Below the pieces are notes generated by a model. The model worked only from the letters and a program-made list of their open reading frames with translations, was not told where the DNA came from and did no database searches. Positions 1 to 8,976 of a DNA stretch of 64,000 nucleotides are shown here, piece after piece (within the stretch, counting starts at the first letter, position 1; each line of letters begins with the position of its first letter). The translations under genes and the position numbers were made by a program. This DNA is from Dehalococcoidia bacterium. GTDB lineage: Bacteria; Chloroflexota; Dehalococcoidia; Lucifugimonadales; CAJWER01. Location of the stretch: positions 365,279-429,278 of the forward strand of contig CBDCTY010000002.1 in NCBI GenBank assembly GCA_965222445.1, in the 5' to 3' direction.

Positions 1-216
1 GGCCGTGTTCAGGAAGCCGTCGGACACGTTCCGCCAGTACGTGCCGCCGTCGGTCGACTTCCACACGCCGCCGCCGACCGATCCGAAGTAGAAGGTGCGC
101 GGGTCGACCGGGTCTCCGGCGACGGCGATGACGCGCCCGGCGCGGTAGGGCCCGATGCACCGCCATTCGAGCGCGCCTGCGAGGGCTTCGACGGCATTAG
201 GGGGGCTGGAGGTCAT
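1..216 (-). CDS. BNR/Sortilin(VPS10)-like repeat protein, N-terminal fragment (gene runs off the window)
   Basis: Not in the ORF track because it is open-ended. Reverse translation from ATG (cat at 214-216) gives MTSSPPNAVEALAGALEWRCIGPYRAGRVIAVAGDPVDPRTFYFGSVGGGVWKSTDGGTYWRNVSDGF. This is colinear with the N-terminus of the 11907-15059 protein. Confidence 0.75.
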   Translation of the reverse strand, partial: MTSSPPNAVEALAGALEWRCIGPYRAGRVIAVAGDPVDPRTFYFGSVGGGVWKSTDGGTYWRNVSDGFLNTA

Positions 217-327
217 GTTGCTTGGCACCTTAGTTTGTGGGAGTCGCCTGGCCGCACCTAGGCCGCCGGGCGGAGGGAGTATATTACATATGGAACTGGG
301 TGGCGGCGTTCTGCAAGGGTGGTGGAG

Positions 328-993
328 TCAGGGAGGGGTGAGGAGTTTGCAGGTGTGGTCGTGGGAGCAGGCCCAGTGGTAGAGGGTCTCGGGGCGGCCG
401 AACCAGGATAGGGCTATCTCGCGGACTCTGGCGTCGATCTCCCAGGGCAGCAGGTCAGGGCGGTTCGCGGCGAGGACGGGACGGGCCAGGCGCAGGGCTG
501 ATATGGCTTCCACTGCCGACCTGGGGGTCATGTAGGGGCGCAGACATGGTGGCGGGGTATCCTGTGGCATGTGGGCGAGGATGCGGGTGATCACTGCCTG
601 GGCTTCGGCTGCGATCCTGGGGATGCGGTCCCTGCCGGCGGAGGAGGTGTTCCCGACAAGGTCCCTGAAGCCGGCAGGGGTCGCCTCCCGCCCGGCCCGG
701 CACTCGGCAGCCACGTAGACGGCGGCGTAGTGATCGAAGTCGGCCAGCGCGTCGTCGATGGAGTCGGGGCTGTCGTGGTAGAAGGGAAGCACGACGAGCT
801 CGTAGTCGCTCCTGGAGGGCCAGCCTGGAGGGTCAGCCATCATATCGCCGATGAGCTGGTCCGTAAGCTGCTCGACTGAGGCGGGCCGTGAGTCCGCGGT
901 CGGGGTCGCCGGTGGAGCCGGCTGCTCCGGCCCTGCATCACCGGCGCACCCGAACAGCCATACGGCGAACGTGAGCAGTACGGCCCTTCGCAT
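328..993 (-). CDS. hypothetical lipoprotein
   Basis: 221-aa ORF with an N-terminal signal peptide and lipobox (VWLFGC), then a Pro/Ala-rich linker. No family recognised. Confidence 0.5.
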   Translation of the reverse strand: MRRAVLLTFAVWLFGCAGDAGPEQPAPPATPTADSRPASVEQLTDQLIGDMMADPPGWPSRSDYELVVLPFYHDSPDSIDDALADFDHYAAVYVAAECRAGREATPAGFRDLVGNTSSAGRDRIPRIAAEAQAVITRILAHMPQDTPPPCLRPYMTPRSAVEAISALRLARPVLAANRPDLLPWEIDARVREIALSWFGRPETLYHWACSHDHTCKLLTPP

Positions 994-1008
994 ATGTGCG
1001 CCAGCGTC

Positions 1009-1716
1009 TCAGCCGAGGCCGTTGAGGATGCCCGGAAGCTCGGACAGGCTCTCGATGCGGGGGCATTCCCGGTAGCGCGGGTGGTTCCCGTCGCGGTCGA
1101 TGAGTACGGCGCGGATGCCGACGGCTAGAGCGCCCTGTACGTCGGAGGAGAGCTGGTCGCCCACGTGGACGGACTCGTGCGGCTCGACGCCCGCCCTAGA
1201 CAGGGCCGCCCAGAATATGGCTGGGTCGGGCTTTGCGGCGCCCACGTCGGCGGACGTGACGGTGAGGTCGAAAAGCCCGGCAAGGCCGAGCTGGCTGACG
1301 AGCTCGTCGCCGCCGGTGTCCATGTTGGAGATGAGGCCCGTCAGCAGACTTCGGTCCCGCAGGGCATGGAGGGTCGGCGCTGCGTCAGGAAAGGGAGCGA
1401 GGCCGTGGGGTATCTGCTGTATGCGGCGCCATATCTTGCCCGCGGTCTCGAGGGAGACCTCGACGCCGCTGCCCCGGACCACGCGCCGCTCGTACTCCTC
1501 GAAGACGGCGGTCCTCTGGGCGGGGCTCCGGCGTCCTATGTGATGAGCGGCGTTCTCGCGGCTTAGGTATGCGTCGGCGTCCGCATACCCCCTGAGGACG
1601 CCCTCCGGGGTCAGGGTGATGCCGAAGTCGGCGCAGGCTTGGGACTGGACCTCGAACCGGCCCGGCTCGAATCCGGCTATGGTGCCGTACAGGTCGAAGA
1701 AGACGGCTCTCAGCAT
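1009..1716 (-). CDS. HAD-superfamily hydrolase (subfamily IA-like)
   Basis: ORF 1009-1956 trimmed to the ATG at 1716. MLRAVFFDLYGTI matches HAD motif I, and HVGDQLSSD lies near the C-terminus. The rejected upstream extension covers a REP-like repeat. Confidence 0.85.
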   Translation of the reverse strand: MLRAVFFDLYGTIAGFEPGRFEVQSQACADFGITLTPEGVLRGYADADAYLSRENAAHHIGRRSPAQRTAVFEEYERRVVRGSGVEVSLETAGKIWRRIQQIPHGLAPFPDAAPTLHALRDRSLLTGLISNMDTGGDELVSQLGLAGLFDLTVTSADVGAAKPDPAIFWAALSRAGVEPHESVHVGDQLSSDVQGALAVGIRAVLIDRDGNHPRYRECPRIESLSELPGILNGLG

Positions 1717-1802
1717 AAGCAGGTCACCTTCTGAGCACGGCAATCTCTTCTGTCGGGTTGACGTGGTTTGCACACCCGTCCCAGGCGCGCCCCCAGGCCC
1801 CT

Positions 1803-1853
1803 CTGGATACCGCCTCCGCATCGAGTACGGGGCAGGCTTGTCGCCGGAATCAC
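1803..1853. repeat. REP-like palindromic mini-repeat (long variant)
   Basis: CTGGATACCGCCTCCGCATCGAGTACGGGGCAGGCTTGTCGCCGGAATCAC is near-identical in layout to 37045-37102. Confidence 0.7.
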
Positions 1854-2061
1854 CATGGCCTTCCGAAGGCCACATAAGGGTATGAAAATGCGCGCGGGTT
1901 TCTCCGTTGCCAGATAATCCGCGGCAGCGACCGGGGGATGGGTTCCCCGCCCCCAACTGCTCGGGGGCAGGCTCTGCGCGGGAGCGACGATGAGGGGTTC
2001 GCGGCTCATTTCTATAGCTATGACGATGTTACGGTATAGGTCTATGGTAGCATCGTCCGAA

Positions 2062-3084
2062 ATGCAGGCTGGCAAGCTACATCTCGATCTCCTTTCGGAG
2101 ATGCTCGGAAAACTGGACATCCGAGACCCCAGGGTCGTCCTGGGGCCGCGGCCCGGCGAGGATGCGGCGCTGATCGACTTCGGCGACCGTTACCTGGTCG
2201 CGAAGAGCGACCCGATAACCTTCGCGACGGACCTGATCGGCTGGTACGTGGTGCAGGTCAACGCCAACGACCTGGCGGTCATGGGTGCGACGCCGCGCTG
2301 GTTCATGGCTACGCTGCTGCTGCCCGAAGGCTCGGACAGGCAGATGGTCGAGTCCATATTCGACCATCTATCCGAGGCGTGCCGGGAGCACGACGTGACC
2401 CTAGTCGGCGGCCACACCGAGGTCACGTACGACTTGCCGCGGCCCATAGTGGCCGGCACGATGCTGGGCGAGGTCGAGAAGGACCGGGTGGTGCTGACGT
2501 CGGGGGCGAGGTCGGGCGACAGCATCGTCCTGACCAAAGGGATAGCGGTCGAGGGTACGGCGATCCTCGCGCGGGAGGCGTCCGACGCCCTGACGGCGGC
2601 CGGGGTGACGGAGGATACGCTGAAGAGGGCGGGGCAGTTCCTGTTCGAGCCCGGCATCAGCGTACGAAAGGAGGCCGTCATCGCCTGCGAGGCCGGGGCG
2701 GCGCGCTCGATGCACGACCCGACGGAGGGCGGGCTGGCCACCGGGCTCCTGGAGATGGCTGCGGCGAGCGGTCTCGGCCTCCAGGTGGACGCGGCGCGAA
2801 TCCCCGTGCTGCCGGAGTGCCGCCAGCTCTGCGACGCGCTGGGGCTTGACCCGATGGGACTGATCGCATCCGGCGCGCTTCTCGCTGGCGTGCCGCCCGA
2901 ACGCGCCGCCGGGCTGATCGACGCACTGGCCGGGGCGGGAATCGAGGCATGGGAGATCGGCAGGTTCACGGAGCCCTCGGCAGGACTGAAGCTGAAGACC
3001 GAGTCGGGGACGGAGGATCTGCCAAAGTTCGAGCGGGACGAGCTGGCCCGGTACTTCGGGTCGCAGCTTACGGGAAGCGGATAA
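2062..3084 (+). CDS. AIR synthase-related (PurM/HypE/ThiL-fold) protein
   Basis: Motifs GEDAALIDFGDRYLVAKSDPITF and ANDLAVMGATPRW are typical of the PurM-like superfamily. The ORF opens at 1990; the ATG at 2062 (MQAGKL) is the more likely start. Confidence 0.8.
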   Translation: MQAGKLHLDLLSEMLGKLDIRDPRVVLGPRPGEDAALIDFGDRYLVAKSDPITFATDLIGWYVVQVNANDLAVMGATPRWFMATLLLPEGSDRQMVESIFDHLSEACREHDVTLVGGHTEVTYDLPRPIVAGTMLGEVEKDRVVLTSGARSGDSIVLTKGIAVEGTAILAREASDALTAAGVTEDTLKRAGQFLFEPGISVRKEAVIACEAGAARSMHDPTEGGLATGLLEMAAASGLGLQVDAARIPVLPECRQLCDALGLDPMGLIASGALLAGVPPERAAGLIDALAGAGIEAWEIGRFTEPSAGLKLKTESGTEDLPKFERDELARYFGSQLTGSG

Positions 3085-4159
3085 TCCCCCGGCCGTCCTC
3101 GCCGCGAACGAGGGCCGCGAAGCCGTCGTTGATCTCGTCCAGGGAGTAGGTCCTGGTGACGAGGCTGTCGACGTCGAGCTGCCCCTTCAGGTAGAAGCCG
3201 ACCAGCTTGTCGAAGGTCTCGTGGGGGCTCGCCGCGCCGTAGTAGCTGCTGACGAGTGACTTCTGGTTCCGCAGGAAGTCCACCATGTCGATGGGGGCCG
3301 TCTCGCCGACGTGACCGAGTCCTATGAGGACGGCGGTGCCGGCCTTGCGGAGTGCCATGACGGCGCTGTTGGTCGTCCGTGCGCTACCGAAGCTGTCGAA
3401 GGCCATGTCCACGCCGCCGCCCGTGATCTCCCTGATGGCCTCGACGGGGTCCTGCTCGCGGGCGTTCACGACGTCGGTCGCGCCGAACTTATAGCTGAAC
3501 TCCAGCTTGTGGTCGTGGATGTCGACGGCGATTATGCGGCTCGCGTTAAAGAGCCGCGCGCCCTGTATGACGCTGAGGCCGACTCCGCCGCATCCGAAGA
3601 CCGCGACCGTCATGCCCACCCTGGCCGCGGGCATGTTGATCACCGAGCCGACGCCCGTGGTGACGCAGCAGCCTATCAGGGCCGCGACGTGCATGGGCAC
3701 CTCGTCGGGGATGGGGTGGCACGCCTGCTGGGGCGCGACGAGCGACTCGCCGAAGACGCCGAGCTTGCTCATCTGGCCGATGTCCGTGCCGCCGTCGTGC
3801 AGCCGCGCGGTGCCGTCGTACTGCAGGGGGCCGGTCTTGATATTGGTGTCGCATAGCTGGGGATTGCCTGTCCTGCACTGGTGGCAGTGGCCGCAGTTGG
3901 AGACGAAGGAGAGGATGCACCGGTCACCGGGCTTCACCCGGGTCACGCCTTCGCCGACCTCGGTGACTATCCCCGCCCCCTCGTGGCCCAGGACGATGGG
4001 GACCGGTTGGATGGCCGTGCCCTTCATGACGTGGTAGTCGCTGGCGCACAGGCCCGCGACCTCAGTCTTGACCCGCACCTCCTGGGCCTTGGGCGCGTCC
4101 TGCCGCAGGTCCATGATTTCGAGGGGGCGGTCTATCTCCTGCAGGACGGCGGCTTTCAA
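3068..4159 (-). CDS. zinc-dependent alcohol dehydrogenase family oxidoreductase
   Basis: Motifs GLCASDYH, GHEGAGIV, a CGHCHQC structural-Zn cluster, and a GCGGVG Rossmann motif. Start set to the TTG at 4159 (M-KAAVLQE), preceded by GGAGGA. The ORF-track ATG at 4267 adds a non-homologous extension. Confidence 0.85.
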   Translation of the reverse strand: MKAAVLQEIDRPLEIMDLRQDAPKAQEVRVKTEVAGLCASDYHVMKGTAIQPVPIVLGHEGAGIVTEVGEGVTRVKPGDRCILSFVSNCGHCHQCRTGNPQLCDTNIKTGPLQYDGTARLHDGGTDIGQMSKLGVFGESLVAPQQACHPIPDEVPMHVAALIGCCVTTGVGSVINMPAARVGMTVAVFGCGGVGLSVIQGARLFNASRIIAVDIHDHKLEFSYKFGATDVVNAREQDPVEAIREITGGGVDMAFDSFGSARTTNSAVMALRKAGTAVLIGLGHVGETAPIDMVDFLRNQKSLVSSYYGAASPHETFDKLVGFYLKGQLDVDSLVTRTYSLDEINDGFAALVRGEDGRGIIRFP

Positions 4160-4317
4160 GGCATCCTCCGTGGTGAGTGAGGGTCGTGGGGCAATCCTAC
4201 TATATGGAGCGCCCGCATGGCAGTCAAGACAAACGGCGCGCTGCGGGCCATCGGGCGAGGGGGGCATGGGGGCGTGTTATATTATGCTTCGTATGCTGGC
4301 CCGGGGGTGCTGCGGCG

Positions 4318-5082
4318 ATGGCAGTGCGCATAGATATGAACTGCGACATGGGAGAGAGCTTCGGGATGTACAAGATGGGCCTCGACGAGGAGATCATCCG
4401 CCACGTAAGCTCCGCGAACATCGCCTGCGGCTTCCACGCGGGCGATCCGACGTGGATGAGGACGACGGTCCGGCTGGCCGAGGAGAACGGCGTGGCCGTC
4501 GGCGCGCATCCGAGCTACCCCGACCTCGTCGGCTTCGGCCGCCGGAACATGAACGCGACGGCTGACGAGGTGAAGTGCGACGTGGCGTACCAGCTAGGGG
4601 CGCTGCAGGCTTTCACTGCGGGGAAGCGCCTCCAGCACGTCAAGCCCCACGGGGCGATGTACAATCAGGCGGTGGACGACGAGGGCCTGGCGCGGGCCAT
4701 ATGCGAGGCGGCGCTGGACTTCGACCCGGGCATCATCCTCGTCGCGCTGGCCGGCTCGAAGTGGGTCGATATCGCGTCGGAGATGGGGATGAAGGTGGCC
4801 CCCGAGATATTCGCCGACCGCGCCCTCAACGCCGACGGGACGCTGGTATCGCGCTCGAAGCCCGGCTCGGTGCTCCACGACGTGGGCGAGGTGGTGGAGC
4901 GGAGCGTGCAGATGGTGACGGAGGGGGTGGCGACGGCGATCACAGGCGAGCGCATCGACGTGGAGGCGTCTTCGATCTGCATCCACGGCGACACGCCCGG
5001 CGCGGTGGAGATGGCCGCGCAGGTGCGCCAGGGCCTGGAGGCGAGCGGGGTCGAGGTCGTTCATATGGCCGAGCTGGTCTAG
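4318..5082 (+). CDS. pxpA: 5-oxoprolinase subunit A (LamB/YcsF family)
   Basis: MAVRIDMNCDMGESFG...ANIACGFHAGDP is the LamB/YcsF signature. The ATG at 4318 lies within ORF 4177-5082. Confidence 0.9.
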   Translation: MAVRIDMNCDMGESFGMYKMGLDEEIIRHVSSANIACGFHAGDPTWMRTTVRLAEENGVAVGAHPSYPDLVGFGRRNMNATADEVKCDVAYQLGALQAFTAGKRLQHVKPHGAMYNQAVDDEGLARAICEAALDFDPGIILVALAGSKWVDIASEMGMKVAPEIFADRALNADGTLVSRSKPGSVLHDVGEVVERSVQMVTEGVATAITGERIDVEASSICIHGDTPGAVEMAAQVRQGLEASGVEVVHMAELV

Positions 5083-5149
5083 CCTCGCAGCTACGGAGTC
5101 CGTTGCATTGGAGAGCATGTACAGGTCCCGCTTGCGTCGATTGCCGCTG

Positions 5150-5315
5150 AGGAGGGTCACCCTCACCCCTTCGTCAGGCTCAGGGCAGGCTCTAACCCAC
5201 TCCCGTCGAGGGAGAGGGGATTGGCGGTTCCCCTCCCATGGCCGCGCTGCCCGCTCATTCAGGGCGAGAGCCCCCATCTCAATCTTCCCCCTCGGGGGGA
5301 AGAGGCTAATCTTCT
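5150..5315. repeat. cluster of GC-rich hairpin mini-repeats between pxpA and pxpB
   Basis: Contains GAGGGTCACCCTC, GCTCAGGGCAGGCTC, CTCCCGTCGAGGGAG and CTTCCCCCTCGGGGGGAAG hairpins. Related copies occur at 8871-8940, 26485-26560 and 30459-30503. Confidence 0.6.
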
Positions 5316-5336
5316 CACGTCGTGGAAGTCCTGCTC

Positions 5337-6023
5337 ATGCATGACGAGCCTGTCTTCCGTGCGGCGGGGGACCAGGCGGTACTGGTGGAGCTCGGCGACG
5401 AGATCAGCCCCGATACTAACGCCCGCGTTCACGGCCTGGCGCGGGCCATCGAGGAGGCGGATGTGGCCGGGGTGGTCGACCTCATACCCGCATACGACAG
5501 CCTGCTGGTGCAGTACGACGGTACTGCCGTGTCGATGGCGGACCTGCAGACGCGGATCGTCAAGCTCGATTCGGAGGGTACGCAGTCGGAAAAGAGCGGC
5601 AGGGTCGTTGAGCTGCCGGTGCTCTACGGCGGCGACTACGGCTCGGACATCGAGAGGGTGTCCGAGCACTCGGGCATGGCGGTCTCTGACGTGATACGGC
5701 TCCACTCAGGCACCGACTACCTCGTGTACATGCTGGGCTTCACGCCGGGCTTCCCGTATCTTGGCAGTCTCGACGACCGCCTGGCCACGCCGAGGGTAGC
5801 TACGCCTCGGCTGGAGATCCCGGCGGGCTCTGTGGGGATCGCGGAATCGCAGACGGGCGTCTATCCCCTGACGAGCCCGGGGGGCTGGAACATCATCGGC
5901 CGGACGCCGCTGTCGCTGTTCGACCCGACGCGGGAGCCGCCGTCGCTGCTCGCGCCGGGCGACCTGGTGCGATTCGTTCCGCTGGACGGCACCAAGGAGT
6001 ACGAAGGGATGGCGGACGGATGA
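5337..6023 (+). CDS. pxpB: 5-oxoprolinase subunit B (KipI/allophanate hydrolase subunit 1 family)
   Basis: Motifs AGDQAVLVELGDE and GFTPGFPYLG...GSVGIA..QTGVYP..SPGGW. An alternative GTG start lies at 5322. Confidence 0.85.
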   Translation: MHDEPVFRAAGDQAVLVELGDEISPDTNARVHGLARAIEEADVAGVVDLIPAYDSLLVQYDGTAVSMADLQTRIVKLDSEGTQSEKSGRVVELPVLYGGDYGSDIERVSEHSGMAVSDVIRLHSGTDYLVYMLGFTPGFPYLGSLDDRLATPRVATPRLEIPAGSVGIAESQTGVYPLTSPGGWNIIGRTPLSLFDPTREPPSLLAPGDLVRFVPLDGTKEYEGMADG

Positions 6024-7138
6024 GCCCGGCGATCGAGGTCATAGAGCCGGGTCTGTTCACGACGGTCCAGGATCGCGGGCGCTATGGGTACCAGCGCATA
6101 GGTGTGCCGGTGTCGGGCGCGATGGACCAGTTCGCGCTGCGTGCGGCGAACCTGCTGGTCGGCAATGACGAGAACGCCGCAGCCCTGGAGATGACGGTGA
6201 TCGGGCCGACGGTGGAATTCAAGGGTGACGCGGCCATCGCCGTCACGGGCGCGGACCTGACGCCGATGCTGGACGGCTCGCCTATGCCTCGCTGGGAGGC
6301 GGTCCCGGTGGCGGCCGGGAGCAGGCTCTCCTTCCACGGGATGGCTGACGGAATCCGTGGCTACCTGGCCATTTCGGGGGGCATCGACGTTCCCGAGGTG
6401 ATGGGCAGCCGGTCCACGTACGTGAAGGGCGGCTTCGGCGGCCTGAACGGCTCGGCGATCTCCAGCGGCGATGTCCTCGATACCCTCGACGCGCCGGGAC
6501 AGACGCGTGCAATGCCGCCGGACTTCGAGCCGCCGGTATACGGGACGGAGCACGAGCTCCGGGTGATCCTGGGCCCGCAGGACCACGCATTCGACGACGG
6601 GGCCATATCCACCCTCCTGGGATCGACGTTTACCGTATCCCTAGACTCGGACCGCATGGGGTACCGGCTGGAAGGCCCGCAGATAGCACACAAGGGGTCG
6701 CCCGACATCATCTCCCAGGGGAACGCGCCCGGAGCGGTGCAGGTGTCCGGCGACGGCGTGCCCACAGTGCTGATGGCCGACCGTGGCACGACGGGCGGCT
6801 ACACGAAGATAGCCGCGGTCATAACGGCGGACGTGGGCAGGCTGGCGCAGGCGGTGCCGGGCGAGTCGGTGAGGTTCACCGCCGTGGGCCACGACGAGGC
6901 TGTGGCTGCGCTGGTGGAGCAGGAGGCCATTCTCGCGGCAATAAACGGCGCCGCGCCTACTGTGGCGGTCCCGGTCACGGTAGTTGTGGACGGCCAGACG
7001 CTCGAGGTGGTCGACGAGCGCGGCGAGCCGGTTACGGCGGGCGAGGGGCCCTCTCGGGCCCACAGGGCTACAGCGGTGGTGAAGGGTCTGACGTACAGCT
7101 TCGACGTCGAGGTCCGGACGGACGCGCCTGCCGAATGA
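6020..7138 (+). CDS. pxpC: 5-oxoprolinase subunit C (KipA/allophanate hydrolase subunit 2 family)
   Basis: Motifs PGLFTTVQDRGRYGYQRIGVPVSGAMD and DRGTTGGYTKIA. ATGA overlap with pxpB. The protein carries an extra C-terminal segment of about 45 aa. Confidence 0.85.
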   Translation: MSPAIEVIEPGLFTTVQDRGRYGYQRIGVPVSGAMDQFALRAANLLVGNDENAAALEMTVIGPTVEFKGDAAIAVTGADLTPMLDGSPMPRWEAVPVAAGSRLSFHGMADGIRGYLAISGGIDVPEVMGSRSTYVKGGFGGLNGSAISSGDVLDTLDAPGQTRAMPPDFEPPVYGTEHELRVILGPQDHAFDDGAISTLLGSTFTVSLDSDRMGYRLEGPQIAHKGSPDIISQGNAPGAVQVSGDGVPTVLMADRGTTGGYTKIAAVITADVGRLAQAVPGESVRFTAVGHDEAVAALVEQEAILAAINGAAPTVAVPVTVVVDGQTLEVVDERGEPVTAGEGPSRAHRATAVVKGLTYSFDVEVRTDAPAE

Positions 7139-7758
7139 CGGAGTGGCTGCACGACCTGGCCGACTGGACGGTCGCCTTCGCTGACAGCGACTGGGCAATC
7201 GGCATCCTGGCGCTGTTGTCCTTCTCCGAGGCGATTTTCTTCCCGATCCCGCCGGACCCGCTGCTTGTCGGCGTTGCTCTGGTCCAACAGCCCCTCGCTT
7301 TGTGGCTTGCCATACTGGTGACCCTAACGTCGGTTGCCGGAGCGCTGGTGGGGCATTGGCTTGGCAGAAAGCTTGGCAGGCCCATCCTCGACCGGCTCTT
7401 CTCCGAAAGAACGATCGCGGCGGCAGAGAGATGGCTCAGGCGCTACGGCGTCTGGGCGACGGTCCTCGCCGCCTTCACGCCGATTCCCTACAAGGTCTTC
7501 GCAATCACGGCCGGGGTGCTCGACCTAGACCGCCGCAGCTTTGCGCTGGCGTCCCTGGTGGGTCGGGGCGCCAGGTTCCTGACGATCGGTGTGCTGGTCA
7601 TGCTCTTCGGCGAGGAGATACAGGAGTTCATTACCGGCAACTTCGAGATTCTCACGATCGCCGCCGGCCTGGCCGCGGTCGTGCTGCTAGCAGCCTGGCG
7701 CCTGTTCCACTGGCTGCGGGCCCGACGCCAGGGGGTTGGAGGGGAGGGGATGCCGTGA
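7135..7758 (+). CDS. DedA/YqaA-family (VTT domain) membrane protein
   Basis: Motifs FSEAIFFPIPPDPLL and AFTPIPYKVFAITAG, with multiple TM segments. ATGA overlap with pxpC. Confidence 0.75.
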   Translation: MTEWLHDLADWTVAFADSDWAIGILALLSFSEAIFFPIPPDPLLVGVALVQQPLALWLAILVTLTSVAGALVGHWLGRKLGRPILDRLFSERTIAAAERWLRRYGVWATVLAAFTPIPYKVFAITAGVLDLDRRSFALASLVGRGARFLTIGVLVMLFGEEIQEFITGNFEILTIAAGLAAVVLLAAWRLFHWLRARRQGVGGEGMP

Positions 7759-8852
7759 TATTCGACTCGCACGCCTACTGCTTCCTGTCCGCAGACTCGC
7801 CCAGGGGGTATATCGACGGGGCCGAGCACCTGCGCTGGGTCCAGTCGGCCCACGCGCGGCACCACCAGCCCGCCTTCCGCATCCGCGACGGGGCGCCCGG
7901 CCCGTCCGAGGTTCTTGCGCCGGGCGGACGCGGCACGGGGAGCCTGCCCGACCTGGGATTCCACGTCGACCACGAGCGGGGGCGAGTCGCGTGGGAGTAC
8001 GAGGGCGAGGAGTACACCAAGCACTTCTACCCGCCGGCCCTGAGCGGGTGCGAGTTCTCGCCCCACAGCCTGATCGGTGAGATGGACTACGCGGGCATCG
8101 ACATGGCCCTGCTTCACACCGACCCGATGCTGGTGCGGGACAGCAGCTACCTCGCGGAGTGCGTCGCGTTCTACCCCGACCGGCTCCGCGTGATGGCGCC
8201 GGTCGAGGAGTGGAGGTTGCTGGACGACGCGGACGCGGTGATCGACGAGGTGACGAGGGCTGTCCGGGGGCACGGGCTGCACGCCATCAAGTTCAATCCG
8301 TTCGGCTACACGGTGAGCGACGAACCCTGGGACGGCGGCTCCTACGGTCCGTTCTGGGACACCGTCACGGAGCTGGGCGTGCCGGTGTTCTTCACGCTCG
8401 GCTCCGGGCCGGCGTCGGGCCCGGGCGGGCGCGAGGGCTACCTGAACGAGCTGCGCGTCCTGATGCGCTGGATGGAGCGCTACCCTGATGCCGTGTGCAG
8501 CCTGACCCACGGCTTCCCCTGGCGGGACTTCCTCGAAGGCGACGCAATCGTGCTCCCTGACGACGTGTGGGAGCCGTTCAGGGGAGGCCGGTGCAACCTG
8601 GAGGTGTGCTTCCCCGTCCGGCTCGGCGACCTGTTCGACTTCCCGTACAGGGAGGTGTGGCCGACGCTCGATGCGATGGTGCGCAACATCGGCGCCGACC
8701 ACCTCCTCTGGGGGACGGACATGCCGTTCCAGAACCGGTTCTGCACGTACCGCCAGTCGCGTCGATGGATCGAGGCGTACTGCGAGTTTCTGGGCGAGGA
8801 CGAGCTCGCTATGATTATGGGAGGAACGGCGGCGAGGATATTGGGGGAGTAG
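7755..8852 (+). CDS. amidohydrolase-2 family metal-dependent hydrolase
   Basis: The GTG at 7755 overlaps the dedA stop (GTGA). VIFDSHAY at the N-terminus and HLLWGTDMPF near the C-terminus are typical of PF04909-like amidohydrolases. ORF-track 7302-8852 is over-extended. Confidence 0.75.
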   Translation: MIFDSHAYCFLSADSPRGYIDGAEHLRWVQSAHARHHQPAFRIRDGAPGPSEVLAPGGRGTGSLPDLGFHVDHERGRVAWEYEGEEYTKHFYPPALSGCEFSPHSLIGEMDYAGIDMALLHTDPMLVRDSSYLAECVAFYPDRLRVMAPVEEWRLLDDADAVIDEVTRAVRGHGLHAIKFNPFGYTVSDEPWDGGSYGPFWDTVTELGVPVFFTLGSGPASGPGGREGYLNELRVLMRWMERYPDAVCSLTHGFPWRDFLEGDAIVLPDDVWEPFRGGRCNLEVCFPVRLGDLFDFPYREVWPTLDAMVRNIGADHLLWGTDMPFQNRFCTYRQSRRWIEAYCEFLGEDELAMIMGGTAARILGE

Positions 8853-8870
8853 TCTTCATTGGTTGAGAAC

Positions 8871-8973
8871 TGCCCGTCGACAGGCTCAGGGCGAACGCGA
8901 TTGTTCACTCAGGGCTCGCTGGCGGCAGGTCGCTCGAAGGACTAGAAACTCAAAACTAGAAACTGGGAACTGA
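8871..8973. repeat. GCTCAGGGCGAACG-type mini-repeat plus ACTAGAAACT direct repeat
   Basis: CGACAGGCTCAGGGCGAACGCG..CTCAGGGCTCGC is followed by ACTAGAAACTcaaaACTAGAAACTgggaACTGA, directly upstream of the 8977 ATG. Confidence 0.5.
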
Positions 8974-8976
8974 CCC

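Noticed and set aside
7488-8702. Long antisense ORFs opposite well-supported genes. Examples: 7488-8702(-), 21488-22459(-), 48344-49345(-), 62527-63921(-), 30421-31299(-), 11756-13420(+) and 18937-19731(-).
   Set aside because: They are Arg/Pro/Gly/Ala-rich, carry no recognisable motifs, and lie opposite or out of frame to ORFs with clear family signatures. These are typical shadow ORFs of GC-rich DNA.
7302-8852. Over-extended ORF-track starts: the 516-aa version of the amidohydrolase, the 462-aa EamA, the 315-aa HAD, the 399-aa ADH, the 301-aa PxpA, the 728-aa DUF4349 protein and the 1083-aa BNR protein.
   Set aside because: The N-terminal extensions overlap neighbouring genes or repeats and lack family similarity. 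Internal ATG/GTG/TTG starts with RBS-like purine tracts or 4-nt overlaps fit better.
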